Shown: piece by piece, positions 19,995 to 30,464 of the stretch
How positions within the stretch are numbered: position 1 is the stretch's first letter
Layout of the letters: every line of letters starts with the position of its first letter
Assembly (NCBI GenBank): GCA_963730185.1
Contig: CAVSQW010000006.1
Span: forward strand, 1 to 64,000
Direction of reading: 5' to 3'
DNA from: an uncultured Gemmatimonadales bacterium
Lineage (GTDB): Bacteria; Gemmatimonadota; Gemmatimonadetes; Gemmatimonadales; GWC2-71-9
DNA: 64,000 bases
Translations under genes and position numbers: made by a program
The notes under the pieces: generated by a model
Told to the model about the DNA's origin: nothing
What the model saw: only the letters and a program-made list of their open reading frames with translations
The model's database searches: none

Positions 19995-21695
19995 ATGCCG
20001 GGAGCCCTCGTGGTCTTCTCGCTCGCCCTGCTCGCCGCGTTTCAAATCTCCGCGCCCGGCCCGGTTCTGATGCAGTACGACGTCCGGGTCCCGATGAAGG
20101 ACGGAACAACCCTCTCGGCCGACATCTATCGTCCCCGGGGAACCGCGAAGGTCCCCACCATCCTGGTGCGGACCCCCTACGACAACGGCACCGCGGCCTT
20201 CGTCGCGGCCGGCAAGCTCTGGGCGGGCCGAGGCTACGCCTACGTCACCCAGGACGTCCGGGGGCGGGGCGAGTCGGACGGCACCTTCTACCCGCTGGTC
20301 ACCGAGGCCGACGACGGCTACGACACCATCGAGTGGATCGCGAAGCAGCCCTGGTCGGACGGCAAGGTGGGGATGATGGGCGGCTCGTACCTGGGCTGGG
20401 TCCAGGTCTACGCCGCGATCCGGAAGCCGCCCCACCTGGTGGCCATCGCGCCGAGCGTCACCCCGCCAGACCCCGACCGGAACTTCCCGGTGCAGTTCGG
20501 CGCCTACGCCCCGCCGACGCTCTCCTGGCTCGCGGCCATCTCGGGCAAGACCATGCAGGACATCTCGCAGCACGACCTCCGCGCGGTCTACAGCCACCTC
20601 CCGCTCTACGACGCCGACCAGCTGCTCGGCCGGACCCTGACCGCCTGGCGCGACTGGCTCGACCATCCGACCCACGACGCCTACTGGGAGGCGCAGTCGT
20701 TCCAAAAGGCGTTGAAAGACGTCGACATCCCGATGCTCCACCTGAGCGGGTGGTACGACGATGTGTTGATCGGCACGCTCGAGAACTACACCTCGCTCGA
20801 GCAGAAGCCCAATCAGTTCCTGCTGATCGGCCCCTGGGGCCACCACATCAACGCCGGCCGGAAGCTCGGCGCCATCGATTTCGGTCCCAACGCGGTCATC
20901 AACCTCGACAGCATCTACGTCCGCTGGTTCGACCACTGGCTCAAGGCCAAGCCTAACGGCCAGGAGAAGGACGCCAAGGTCCGGATCTTCGTGATGGAGG
21001 AGAACCGCTGGCACGACGAGCCGTCGTGGCCGCTCCCGAACACGCGGTACGTCAAGTTCTATCTCGGGAGCCACGGCAAGGCCAACACCCGCTTCGGCGA
21101 CGGCACGCTCGACACGATTCCCCCGGGTAGCCAGCCGCCGGATCACTACCGGGCCGACCCGATGAACGCGGTGCCGTTCGTGACCGACGCCGCCTTCTCG
21201 CAGATCGGCGGGCCCGACGACTACCGGAAGGTCGAGGAGCGGAAGGACGTGCTGGTGTACACCTCGGCCAAGCTCACCAAGCCGATGGAGGTCTGCGGCC
21301 CGCTTCGGGTCCAGCTCCAGGCCTCGAGCTCGGCCAAGGACGCCGACTGGGCCACCAAGGTGCTGGCGGTCCGGCCCAGCGGGTTCGTGCAGCGGTTGAA
21401 CGACGGGATCGTGCGGGAGCGGTACCACGAGGGCTTCGACCACGTGGCCTTCGTGCCGCCGGGTCAGGTCGAGACCTACGACGTCGACAACTGGGCGACC
21501 TGCATCCGGCTTGGGGTGGGGTGGCGGCTACGGCTGGAGGTGGCGTCGCATGCGTTCCCGAAGTTCGACCGGAACATGCAGACCGGGGGGCCGATCGGGA
21601 AGGAGGCCGAAGGGGTGGTGGCGGAGCAGACGGTGTATCATGACGCCGAGCATCCGTCGTTCGTCGTGGTCCCGGTGGTGATGCGGCCCCGGTAG
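19995..21695 (+). CDS. CocE/NonD family hydrolase (secreted)
   Basis: Signal peptide; VPMKDG..LSADIYRP, RTPY, QDVRGRGESDG, GGSYLG, GWYD, GPWGH, FPKFDRN. Confidence 0.95.
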   Translation: MPGALVVFSLALLAAFQISAPGPVLMQYDVRVPMKDGTTLSADIYRPRGTAKVPTILVRTPYDNGTAAFVAAGKLWAGRGYAYVTQDVRGRGESDGTFYPLVTEADDGYDTIEWIAKQPWSDGKVGMMGGSYLGWVQVYAAIRKPPHLVAIAPSVTPPDPDRNFPVQFGAYAPPTLSWLAAISGKTMQDISQHDLRAVYSHLPLYDADQLLGRTLTAWRDWLDHPTHDAYWEAQSFQKALKDVDIPMLHLSGWYDDVLIGTLENYTSLEQKPNQFLLIGPWGHHINAGRKLGAIDFGPNAVINLDSIYVRWFDHWLKAKPNGQEKDAKVRIFVMEENRWHDEPSWPLPNTRYVKFYLGSHGKANTRFGDGTLDTIPPGSQPPDHYRADPMNAVPFVTDAAFSQIGGPDDYRKVEERKDVLVYTSAKLTKPMEVCGPLRVQLQASSSAKDADWATKVLAVRPSGFVQRLNDGIVRERYHEGFDHVAFVPPGQVETYDVDNWATCIRLGVGWRLRLEVASHAFPKFDRNMQTGGPIGKEAEGVVAEQTVYHDAEHPSFVVVPVVMRPR

Positions 21696-21750
21696 GCCCG
21701 CCGGTCGAGCCGGATCCTCGGTCCCGGCAGGACGGCGCGTCAGGCGGAAC

Positions 21751-22222
21751 TCAGGGGTGCGGGCCCAGGTCGGGGTAGAGCGTCGTGGCGCAGGACGGGC
21801 AAAGGCCGTGGGAAAAGCGAGCCTCGCCCCGGAGCGTCCGCACCTCGGCCAGCGCCTGGTCGCGCTCGGCGAGCGCCGCCGCCAGCTCGCGCTCCCGGGT
21901 CTTGAGCGGGGTGGCGTCCGCCACGTGCACGAAGAAGCCGTGGACCACGCCGTCGCGCACGTCGGGCAGATAGGCGGCGATGCTGTCGCGGAACCCTGGC
22001 CCGTCGGGCCGGGGAATCTGCCGCGAGCAGCTCGCGAAGCGTGGTGCCGAGCAGCTCTTCCCGGGTCCGGCCGAACCACGCCAGGTAAGCCTGATTGGCG
22101 AACCGGCACACCTCGTCGCGATCCCAGTAGGCCATCATCGCCGGCACCCGGTCGATCACCGCGAGGGCGAGGGCCGGGAGGTTGTCACTGGGCGACAGGT
22201 CCAAGGGCGACGGCACCGGCAC
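21751..22222 (-). pseudogene. PAS-domain protein with C-terminal SHGxCPxC motif; two internal deletions
   Basis: IDRVPAMMAYWDRDEVCRFANQAYLAWFG, then frame change to RQIPRPDG..YLPDVRDGVVHGFFVHVAD, then EVRTLRG joined directly to EARFSHGLCPSC. Confidence 0.65.
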
Positions 22223-22345
22223 GGCGTTCTCCAGGAACGCGACAGCCTGCGGGAAGGCGTCCAGGTCTACCCAGGCGGTCAGGCGGGGGCCAGCAGCGAG
22301 GGGGTGCGGTCGGGCGCGGCCGGGCGCCGCGGTCAGGTGTCGCGG

Positions 22346-23932
22346 TCAGGTGTCGCGGTGGGCCGGCGTCCTGGGGGCGTCGCGCCTGGCCTTCTGGGGC
22401 GGCGCGGGCAACCGGCCGGCCACCTCCCGCCCGATCCCGCCGGCCAGCCGGTCGATCAGGCTCTCGACCTCGGTCCCCCGCGAGGCGGTCTGCCGGAGAA
22501 AGCCGAACCGGGCGATCCCGAGCGAGCCGAGGGCCAGGGTCAGGCCGGCGGCGATGATCTCCGGCCGACCCTCGTGCACCCCGATCAGCACCGTCAGCAG
22601 CCCGCCGAGCGCGCTGCCCACCGCGCCACCGATTCCCCACACGAGCCGGGCATCGGTGTTCCGCTCTTCCGCCCGGACGACCGTCTTGCCGTCCCTCGGC
22701 GTGATCGTGATCGTCAGGTCCCGGGTCAGGTCCCAGGTGGTCTTCACCCGCCAGCGGAGTGACCGGTCGAACGTGCTGGTGAGCCCGGCCAGGCCCACGG
22801 TGGCCTCGATCTCGCCGGCCAGCTCGGGATAGATCGCGGGATCCACCTCGCCCGGCACGACGCGCTCGATCAGCGTGCGCGAGGCGCTGCCGCCGCCGGA
22901 CGGCGCCGGGGGCGCGCCCGGGCCGGCCAGCTCGTCCGCGGCGGCGCGCACGTGCCGGGCCGGAATCCCCACCTCCGCGGCCAGCCGCTGCACCCCGCCG
23001 ATGGTCAGCGCCTCGTCGTCCGTCCCCTCGGCTTCCAGCTCGCTGGCCCGGGCCACGATCCGCTTCACCGCCGTCTCCCGGTATCGGGGCCGGTCGCCGA
23101 ACGCGGCCGCGAAGGCGTCGGCCAGCTCGAGCGGGCCGCCATACCGGGCCCCCTCGCTCACCGCCAGCGCCCGGGTCAGCGCCTCTTCGGCGCCGCCGGG
23201 CAGCCGGTCCAGCCTGACCCGGTGCTCGGGCGGCGCCTCTAGAAACAAGCCCACCCGGACCGCCTCTTCGGAGAGCCAGCGCCCCGGCGGCTCGCCCACC
23301 ACCATCTCGTAGGCCACCACGCCCAGGCTGTACACGTCGGTCGCGGGGCCCACCGTGGCCAGCCCGGCGGCCTGCTCGGGGCTCATGTAGCCCGGCGTGC
23401 CCAGCGACACGCCGGTCCGGGTCAGGCGGGCGTCGCCGGCCGAGCGCATCGCGCCGGCAATCCCGAAGTCGGCGATCACCGCGTGCCCTTCCGAGAGCAG
23501 GATGTTCTCGGGCTTGATGTCGCGGTGAATCACGCCCCGCCGGTGGGCGTAGTCGAGCGCGCTCGCCACCTCGCGCAAGAGCTCGGTGGCCCGAGCCGCC
23601 GGCAGCGCGCCGGTCCGCTCCAGCAGAGCGCGGAGGTGCTCGCCCGCCACGAACGGCATCACGTAATAGAGGAAGCCGCCCCGCTCGCCCGAGTCGATCA
23701 GGGTCAGCACGTGCGGGTGCTGGAGCCCGGCGGCGATCTCGATCTCGCGGAGGAACCGGTCGGTGCCGATGCTCCGGGCCACCCCCGGCTCGAACACCTT
23801 GACCGCGACGGCCCGATGGTGGCGGAGGTCTTCCGCCAGGTAGACCGTGGCCATGCCGCCTTGGCCGATTTCGCGCTGGAGGTCGTACTGCTCGCTCAGC
23901 GCCGCGCGGAGACCATCGGGGACGGGGGGCAT
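22346..23932 (-). CDS. Ser/Thr protein kinase with C-terminal membrane domain
   Basis: [35 protein letters not shown]; two C-terminal hydrophobic segments. Confidence 0.95.
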   Translation of the reverse strand: MPPVPDGLRAALSEQYDLQREIGQGGMATVYLAEDLRHHRAVAVKVFEPGVARSIGTDRFLREIEIAAGLQHPHVLTLIDSGERGGFLYYVMPFVAGEHLRALLERTGALPAARATELLREVASALDYAHRRGVIHRDIKPENILLSEGHAVIADFGIAGAMRSAGDARLTRTGVSLGTPGYMSPEQAAGLATVGPATDVYSLGVVAYEMVVGEPPGRWLSEEAVRVGLFLEAPPEHRVRLDRLPGGAEEALTRALAVSEGARYGGPLELADAFAAAFGDRPRYRETAVKRIVARASELEAEGTDDEALTIGGVQRLAAEVGIPARHVRAAADELAGPGAPPAPSGGGSASRTLIERVVPGEVDPAIYPELAGEIEATVGLAGLTSTFDRSLRWRVKTTWDLTRDLTITITPRDGKTVVRAEERNTDARLVWGIGGAVGSALGGLLTVLIGVHEGRPEIIAAGLTLALGSLGIARFGFLRQTASRGTEVESLIDRLAGGIGREVAGRLPAPPQKARRDAPRTPAHRDT

Positions 23933-24018
23933 GTCCCATAATAGTCCGCCGCCGGAGGACCGGCACGGTACCGGACCCGGCGCCGCCCGGCCCGGGCGCA
24001 TTCGAGGGAGATGAGTTC

Positions 24019-24050
24019 TTGTGCCGTTCACAGGTATGACATATCATCCT
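24019..24050 (+). promoter_or_regulatory. TA promoter with overlapping imperfect inverted repeat
   Basis: TTGTGC(24019-24)-N17-TATCAT(24042-47); AGGTATGA-CATA-TCATCCT dyad at 24032-24050. Confidence 0.55.
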
Positions 24051-24065
24051 ACCACGGAGGCAATC

Positions 24066-24308
24066 ATGCCAAAAGCGAAAGTCGCGGTGACCCTCGATAG
24101 CAGCACCCTGAAACGGGTCGACCGGCTGGTCCGCGAGGCACGGTACCCAAACCGGAGCCAGGCCATCGAAGCAGCCATCGCCGCCCAGCTGGACCGCTTG
24201 GAGCGGCGGCGGCTGGCCGAGGAGTGTGCCAAACTGGACCCGGCCGCCGAGCGGGCGCTGGCGGAGGAGGGCCTTGGCGTCGAGGCGGCGGAATGGCCGG
24301 AATACTGA
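24066..24308 (+). CDS. Ribbon-helix-helix antitoxin
   Basis: RBS GGAGG; MPKAKVAVTLD..L..VD.LV....PNRSQAIE; acidic C-terminus overlapping the toxin start. Confidence 0.88.
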   Translation: MPKAKVAVTLDSSTLKRVDRLVREARYPNRSQAIEAAIAAQLDRLERRRLAEECAKLDPAAERALAEEGLGVEAAEWPEY

Positions 24309-24631
24309 GAGGCGAGATCCGCTGGGCGGACCTCAACCCGACCCGGGGCCACGAGCAGGCCGGCCAGCGGCCGGTGCTGATCCTGAGTCACGACGTCTTC
24401 AACGAGCGCTCCGGTACGGTGATCGCCGTGGCCCTCACCAGCCAGGCACAACGGGCCGCCTTTCCCCTCACCCTGGAGCTGACCAGCCCCAAGCTGCCGA
24501 AGCGTTCCTGGGTGAAGATCAGCCAGATCCGCACCCTCGCCGTGGAGCGGATCGGACGGCGGCTGGGGCGGGCCTCCGCCGAGGAACTGACTCAGGTCGT
24601 GGAAGGGCTGAACGAGATCATCGGCGCCTGA
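24293..24631 (+). CDS. mazF: PemK/MazF family endoribonuclease toxin
   Basis: RGEIRWADLNPTRGHEQAGQRPVLILS..FN, SQIRTL..RIGRRLG. Confidence 0.93.
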   Translation: MAGILRGEIRWADLNPTRGHEQAGQRPVLILSHDVFNERSGTVIAVALTSQAQRAAFPLTLELTSPKLPKRSWVKISQIRTLAVERIGRRLGRASAEELTQVVEGLNEIIGA

Positions 24632-24688
24632 ACGGAACCCGCCGAGCCGGTCCGCCCGGAGCTCTCCGAGCTCTTCGGCCCGCTCCAA

Positions 24689-26118
24689 GTGGCGCTCGGG
24701 GCCTCCATCCGGCTCGAGGGCGAGCTCCCCAGAGGCGGCATGTCCCGGGTCTTCGCCGGGTTCGACGAGGCCCTCCAGCGGAAGGTCGCCATCAAGGTGC
24801 TGGCCCCGGAGCTGGCCGAGTCGCTCTCGATCGAGCGGTTCCGCCGGGAGATCATGCTGGGCGCCTCGCTCCAGCATCCCAACATCGTCCCGGTGCTGAG
24901 CGCCGGCGAGACGGCCGGGCTGCCCTTCTTCGTGATGCCGTTCGTGGAGGGCCAGTCGCTCCGGGCCCGGCTCCGCCGGGGGCCGCTCTCGATCCGGGAG
25001 ACGGTGAGCGTCATGCGCGACGTGGCCCGGGCCCTGGCCTTCGCGCACGACCGCGGCATCGTGCACCGGGACATCAAGCCCGACAACGTCATGCTCACCG
25101 GTGGGGTGGCGACCGTCACCGACTTCGGGGTGGCCAAGGCCGTCGCCGCCGCGCGGGGACCGGGCCGGACCGAGGCGCGGACGGCCCGCTTCTCGACCCT
25201 CACCAGCGCGGGCGTAGCCATCGGCACGCCGACCTACATGGCTCCGGAGCAGGCCGCCGGCGACCCGGACACCGACCATCGCGCCGATCTCTATTCGCTC
25301 GGGATCGTGGGGTACGAGATGCTGACCGGCGCCCCGCCGTTCCAGGGGCGGACCTTGAAGCACCTCATGGCCGAGCAGTTCGCCGGGACCCCGCCGCCGC
25401 TGGCGAGCCGCCGCACGGACGTGCCGGCCGACCTGACCGCCCTGATCATGCAGTGCCTCGCCAAGTCGCCGGAGGACCGGCCCAAGACCGCTACCGCCCT
25501 GGTCCGGACGCTCGAGAACCCCGACTTCGCGAGTGGCACCTTCACGGCCACCGCGCCCGCGCCCGGTGGCCGCCGCCTTACCCGCCGCGAAATCCTCCGG
25601 GCGGCCGTGCCCCTCGGCCTGCTGAGTCTGGTCGCGCTCGGCTACGCCTTCTGGCCGCTCCACCTCCCCAAGCTGGGGATCGGAGCCGCCGCGGCGCCCG
25701 CCACCGCGACCATTCTGGTGCCGACCATCCGCTCGGCCGACAGCGGGGTCGCCGCGGCGCCGGCGGGCCAGGTCATCGCCGAGCAGATCGCGGCTGGGCT
25801 GGCGCGGCTTCAGGGGGTCGAGGTGGCGGGGCCGCCCACGGCCGACGTGCTGGCGCGGGGGCTCACGGCGGAGACGGCGGGGACCGGGCGGACCTTGGTA
25901 CTGGATGGGTTTCTGCAGCGGACGGCGACCCGAGTGCGGCTCACGGTGCGGCTGCTGGACCAGCGGGGGTTTACGCTTTGGGGGGAGGCGTTCGATGCGA
26001 CGTCGGCGGACCCGTTGGTGGTGCAGGATGAGCTGACGAGGGGGTTGCTGGCAGGGTTGGTGCCGCAGGTCGAGCAGCGGCTCGGGGTTCGGGACGCGAG
26101 CGGCCGCCGCCTTCCTGA
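24689..26118 (+). CDS. Ser/Thr protein kinase with TM and TolB-N-like domain (start and stop uncertain)
   Basis: GGMSRVF, AIK, HRDIKPDN, DFG, GTPTYMAPE, TM segment, LVLDGFLQR..RVRLTVRL. The ORF runs on into the next gene, so a frameshift near the end is likely. Confidence 0.85.
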
Positions 26119-26186
26119 CGCGCGCTCGGGTGGCGTCATCCGGCAATCGGGCTATCTTCGCCGCCATCCTCCTCTCCGGACATCCG

Positions 26187-27185
26187 ATGTCTCGCTCGGC
26201 CCTGCTCCTTCGCCGCGACCGTCGCCGGCTGCGCCGCGCCGCCGGCCTCCTCGAAGACCGCCTCGTCGGCCGACACCGCGGCGGCGGTCCAGCCGGTGGT
26301 CATCCCGCACTCCGAGACCCGCCGGCTCCGCTCCAAGTTCGTGGACCAGGAGTTCCAGATCTTCGTCGCCCTGCCACCGGGCGCGCAGCCGGGAACCAAG
26401 TATCCGGTGATCTACGCCCTCGACGCGAACGGCGAGTTCGGGCACCATCACCGAGACGGTCCGGCTGGCCTCGTTCGGCGCGCCCGAGATCCCGCCCGCC
26501 GTGGTGGTGGGGATCGGCTATCCGGTCGACGGGATGGAGAAGACCCTGAACCTCCGGACCCGCGACTACACCCCGACCAACGACACCGCCTTCGCGACCT
26601 ACGCCGCCTCCCTCTGGGGCAACGGCGAGAAGCCCACCCCCGGCGGCGCGCCGGCCTTCCTCCGGTTCATCAAGGAGGAGCTCAAGCCGTTCATCGAGAA
26701 GAACTACCCCGTCGATCCGGCCGACGCGACCCTGATCGGCCACTCCTTCGGAGGACTGTTCGCGACCTACGCGCTGTTCCACGAGCCCGGGACCTTCCAG
26801 CGGTTCGTGATCGCGAGCCCGTCGCTCTGGTGGGACCACCAGGTGTCGCTCCGGTACGAGAAGGAGTACGCGGCCGCGCACCAGGACCTGGCCGCGTCGG
26901 TGTTCCTGTCGGTGGGCGGGCTCGAAACGGCGGCCGAGCTCAAGAAGTCCATTCCGAGCTTTCCGGAGCCGATGAAGTCGGCTGCGCTCGGGTACTACGA
27001 TCGGAACGGGTGGCCGGAGATGGTGGAGCTGATCGAGCCGTTCGGGAGGACGCTGGCGGGGCGGAAGTATCCGAGCCTTGCGGTTGGCGACCTACGTGTT
27101 CCCTGGGGAGACGCACAGCTCGGTGATGTCGATGATTGCCAGTCGGGGGCTGCGGCAGGTCTTCAGGCAGGCGCCCAGGGAGTAG
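26187..27185 (+). CDS. Alpha/beta hydrolase, IroE/BesA-like esterase; frameshifted
   Basis: IFVALPP, YPVIYALDAN, VVGIGYP, RTRDYTP, GHSFGG, SPSLWW, FPGETHSS; pieces in different frames. Confidence 0.85.
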
Positions 27186-27481
27186 CGGCCCAGGCGATTC
27201 GGGCCTTGCTGGAGCCGCTGGTGGAACGCGGTAGGGAGGGTAGAGGATCGCCCAGGCAGCCCCATGCCGCGGCGAAGAAGGCGATGTGGCGGCTTTCGTA
27301 CTCACCCCCAGCGGCCAATCTCCGGTGCGTTGATATCCTCGACTCCCTATGTCGAACCGAGTTGACAGAGTGGAGCGAACGGTGAGTCGGCTGCGTCCGG
27401 CCTAGGGCGACGGCGACCGAATCGACATCCTCGGCCGCCTTCTGACACTGCCAACGGACTTGTGATGGTACCTACTGCGAC

Positions 27482-30133
27482 CTACAGCCCTTCCCTGTTC
27501 TCATCGAATCCGGCGGCACGGAGTCGATTGATGATATTGAAACAGTGATTGTTACCTGCTTCGCGCTGCAGCCCCAGGCTGGCGTATTTCCATGCCTGGT
27601 CCTTGTTGTTCTCAAGAAGGTAGAGCCAGGCCAACCGACTGAGCCCCGTTGCATCAAGATCCGCGGCATGGGCTGACATATGTTCCCGGAGAGTTGCGAC
27701 ATATACACTCCGCCGGGTGATTGGTATCTCCGCGGAATGATCGTTGATGTACTTGCATACTTCATAAGCGACTTCCCGAATGAGGGCCGTATCGGCCGGG
27801 TCGGCTTCAACCGCCAGGAGCCGGCTTGAGATGTATGTGGCCTCGTCACCCGCGGCTCGAGCGAGGACAGCTCGCTCAAGCATCGCAACCTTGTTTGAGG
27901 GAACTTCCTCGACCGCCCGACGTAGAGCGTAGTCCACCGCCTCATGCGAAGCCCCCAGTGCCTTGCGAACTCTTGCAAGAGGCAGCCACGCTTCCGGCCA
28001 GAGTTCCGCAAGGCTCTCCAGTACCCCCACCATACGCGCCCGATCTTGGGCGTCTTCCATGTCGAGGCCAGTCGCCACCACGGAGTCCACGAATCGCTGC
28101 AGGACCTCTCGCTGTGGCACCTGCACCGCCTGGGCAGTGGTGATGACACCAAACTTCTGAAGGACGGCGAGGTCCTGCTGAATCACAAGGCGGTCAGGAT
28201 CGCCCTCAAGCTTCTTCCGAGCAAAGACTCTCGCGAGTTGAGGCGCTGAATAGGCGGGCTGGTCGTCCAGAAAGGTTCTCGCCTCCAACAAGGAGAGTCG
28301 AACGCACTCATCGAGACCCGCATCAACGTCCACACCGCGCGGCCCGAGTACCACGAGGAGCGCGAGCTCGGAGACGAGCGAGCGCCAACAAGCAACCGTC
28401 AGGAAAACATTCCTCCCATCATCTGTCAGCTTGTTGAATGAGCGCTCGAACACGGCGTTTACGATATCGAGTCGTCTTGGTAGCATGCTCTTTGCAGGTA
28501 CGTACCGGCCTTCCTTCGCCAACTCGCCGACCAACACCCGCATGACGTACGGGTGACCTTCAGAGTACTCGAACATGCTGGCCTTAACATCGTTAGTAAG
28601 AATTGGTTCCACGCCGAGATCACGGGCCGCAAGTGTCATCAGGGCAAACGACTCCGTGCGATCCATGCCGTGGACTTCAATAGGGAAGTCTGCTTTGAAG
28701 GCACGCTCGCGGCTTGTGATTAGAACCTTGTTTGGTAGGTGAGTGTGCGTATCTAGAAAGCGGTGCAGATCCCGAATTCCTTGCATCGTCTCGAAATTGT
28801 CGAAAACAAAGAGTGTCCCGTTGCCGGGAGGAATCGGAGTCGCGAGGGCGTGGGCGAAAGCTTCGGGTGTACCCTCCGTCTCAAATAGCTGGCCGTATAT
28901 CCTGCTGACGCCCTCCAAGTTGACTGCAGCCGGTCGTACGTCCGTGGGTCCACGGGGTCGCAGATCGATGTCGCGGGCGCTAACCCAAACGATGTGCTCG
29001 AAGATGGGACCAGCCTCAGCCGCGAGCGCGTGGCACACCTTCAGCGCCAGACTAGTCTTCCCGATACCGCCGCGCCCATGCAGCGTGATGATTGGGTGAT
29101 TCTTATCGCGAAGGCGTCGGTCAAGCTCCTGCTCAAGCCCCCCGCGTGTTACATATCCTAGTGGGAGAGGTGGGAGATTGCCGAAGACGTTGCTCTGTAC
29201 TTCAAAGGCAGGCAGGCCCTGTGTCTCGCTAGGGGGGAGGGGTACAGGTGGACGCAAGAAGGCATTTACATCCTTCTTCTCCGTCCGGCCCGTGCCGTAA
29301 TCAATGAACCAGGCGTTGCCACTTGAATATCCCCCGTTCGGCAATTGAAACGTCGTACACTCTCGGTTGACGTGCAGAAGATCGGAGCAAGGTAGCGGAT
29401 GAATAGCCGCGATAGGCCAAACGTGTACTCCTAGGGCTCGTACTTGAACGTCTGCAAGCTCTGAGTCCTTCAAGTGTTTTGGGGTTTGACCCGATAGCAG
29501 AACTCCACGCTTCTTGCCATTGTCGCGCGTCATCAGGTGCACCCAGCGCCAACCGAAGAGCGGACAGTTAGCAATGAAGGACGTGACGGCCCGCAAGAAG
29601 GGACCATTCGCGCGGTCGAAGAAGTCCAAGCCAACGGCGCCGTGTGCACGCGTCTTGTTGCGTAGCTGGACGAAAGCACCGATTAGGTCACGCGCTGTGG
29701 GCCGGCGGGCGGGAAGGGGTGAATCGAACCCCAGCAAAGCAAAGATCTGAGTGAGTTCGCCGGCAGCGTCGGCAAACCAAGGATCTTCAGTGGGCTTCCT
29801 GATCTTGCCTGCCCAGGTTAACAGGTCCGCGTAGGCCGGCGGGAGGAAGCCGCCGAGTGGCTGACTTGACGCTTGACGTATCCACACGTCCCAGGTGCCC
29901 AAGCCATCAGCTCTCACCAGATCGTATGCCATCCTGTAGGCCGCATCTGGCGCCTTGTCCCTAAGCCCCGCGTAGAACGCCACACCTAGCAACTTGATCG
30001 CTGCCTCGGACACGTACGAGGTCATCAAGAACGTATCCGCGCCGGAACTGTCCCCGACAACACCAACTCGCCGGAACACCGCGCTGATCGGTGTCGGCAG
30101 TTCACTTAGGTCAAGACTTGCCTGAGGAGTCAT
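27482..30133 (-). CDS. STAND NB-ARC NTPase with N-terminal HEPN-like domain and C-terminal TPR-like region
   Basis: NLPP..YVTR, Walker A HGRGGIGKT, VWVSAR, Walker B LFVFDNFE, VLITSRER, EGHP (GxP). N-terminal GLGTW and LRNKTRAHG. Codon third positions visibly more A/T than neighbours. Confidence 0.85.
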   Translation of the reverse strand: MTPQASLDLSELPTPISAVFRRVGVVGDSSGADTFLMTSYVSEAAIKLLGVAFYAGLRDKAPDAAYRMAYDLVRADGLGTWDVWIRQASSQPLGGFLPPAYADLLTWAGKIRKPTEDPWFADAAGELTQIFALLGFDSPLPARRPTARDLIGAFVQLRNKTRAHGAVGLDFFDRANGPFLRAVTSFIANCPLFGWRWVHLMTRDNGKKRGVLLSGQTPKHLKDSELADVQVRALGVHVWPIAAIHPLPCSDLLHVNRECTTFQLPNGGYSSGNAWFIDYGTGRTEKKDVNAFLRPPVPLPPSETQGLPAFEVQSNVFGNLPPLPLGYVTRGGLEQELDRRLRDKNHPIITLHGRGGIGKTSLALKVCHALAAEAGPIFEHIVWVSARDIDLRPRGPTDVRPAAVNLEGVSRIYGQLFETEGTPEAFAHALATPIPPGNGTLFVFDNFETMQGIRDLHRFLDTHTHLPNKVLITSRERAFKADFPIEVHGMDRTESFALMTLAARDLGVEPILTNDVKASMFEYSEGHPYVMRVLVGELAKEGRYVPAKSMLPRRLDIVNAVFERSFNKLTDDGRNVFLTVACWRSLVSELALLVVLGPRGVDVDAGLDECVRLSLLEARTFLDDQPAYSAPQLARVFARKKLEGDPDRLVIQQDLAVLQKFGVITTAQAVQVPQREVLQRFVDSVVATGLDMEDAQDRARMVGVLESLAELWPEAWLPLARVRKALGASHEAVDYALRRAVEEVPSNKVAMLERAVLARAAGDEATYISSRLLAVEADPADTALIREVAYEVCKYINDHSAEIPITRRSVYVATLREHMSAHAADLDATGLSRLAWLYLLENNKDQAWKYASLGLQREAGNNHCFNIINRLRAAGFDENREGL

Positions 30134-30464
30134 GGTAGCCGTAACGAGCAAGAGCACTAGCGAGGCCTACCCTGCGGCAGCGACTTGCCGTCGCCGCTTC
30201 TACGGCTGGGCAGGCGGGAGCATACAAGCGCCGCCCTTGTCGACTCGCAAGGCCAATTCGGGGCGGGGCGCTTGTCGGTGCTAAGTCCTATTGGCAATTT
30301 GACGGCCCCAGGCCCGAAGTTTCCCCACCCCAACCACGGCTTCATCGCCCGAGACCTCCATTCACTACGGCCAAGTTCGAATGCGCCCGGGCCAACCACC
30401 AGCCTTCCGCTCCAGAGCCCCGTCCCCCCATGGCTCCTACCCGCTACCCCGCTACCTTCCCCCC

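Noticed and set aside
22328..22359. 13-bp tandem duplication CGCGGTCAGGTGT at the kinase stop
   Set aside because: Only about 2.5 copies; probably slippage, with no evidence of an insertion target site.
30157..30399. 80-aa ORF upstream of the NLR-like gene as a partner
   Set aside because: No RBS, motif or coding-like composition that I can support.
27186..30464. Mobile element boundaries around the NLR-like gene
   Set aside because: No integrase, transposase, tRNA or flanking direct repeat found by eye; only composition suggests acquisition.
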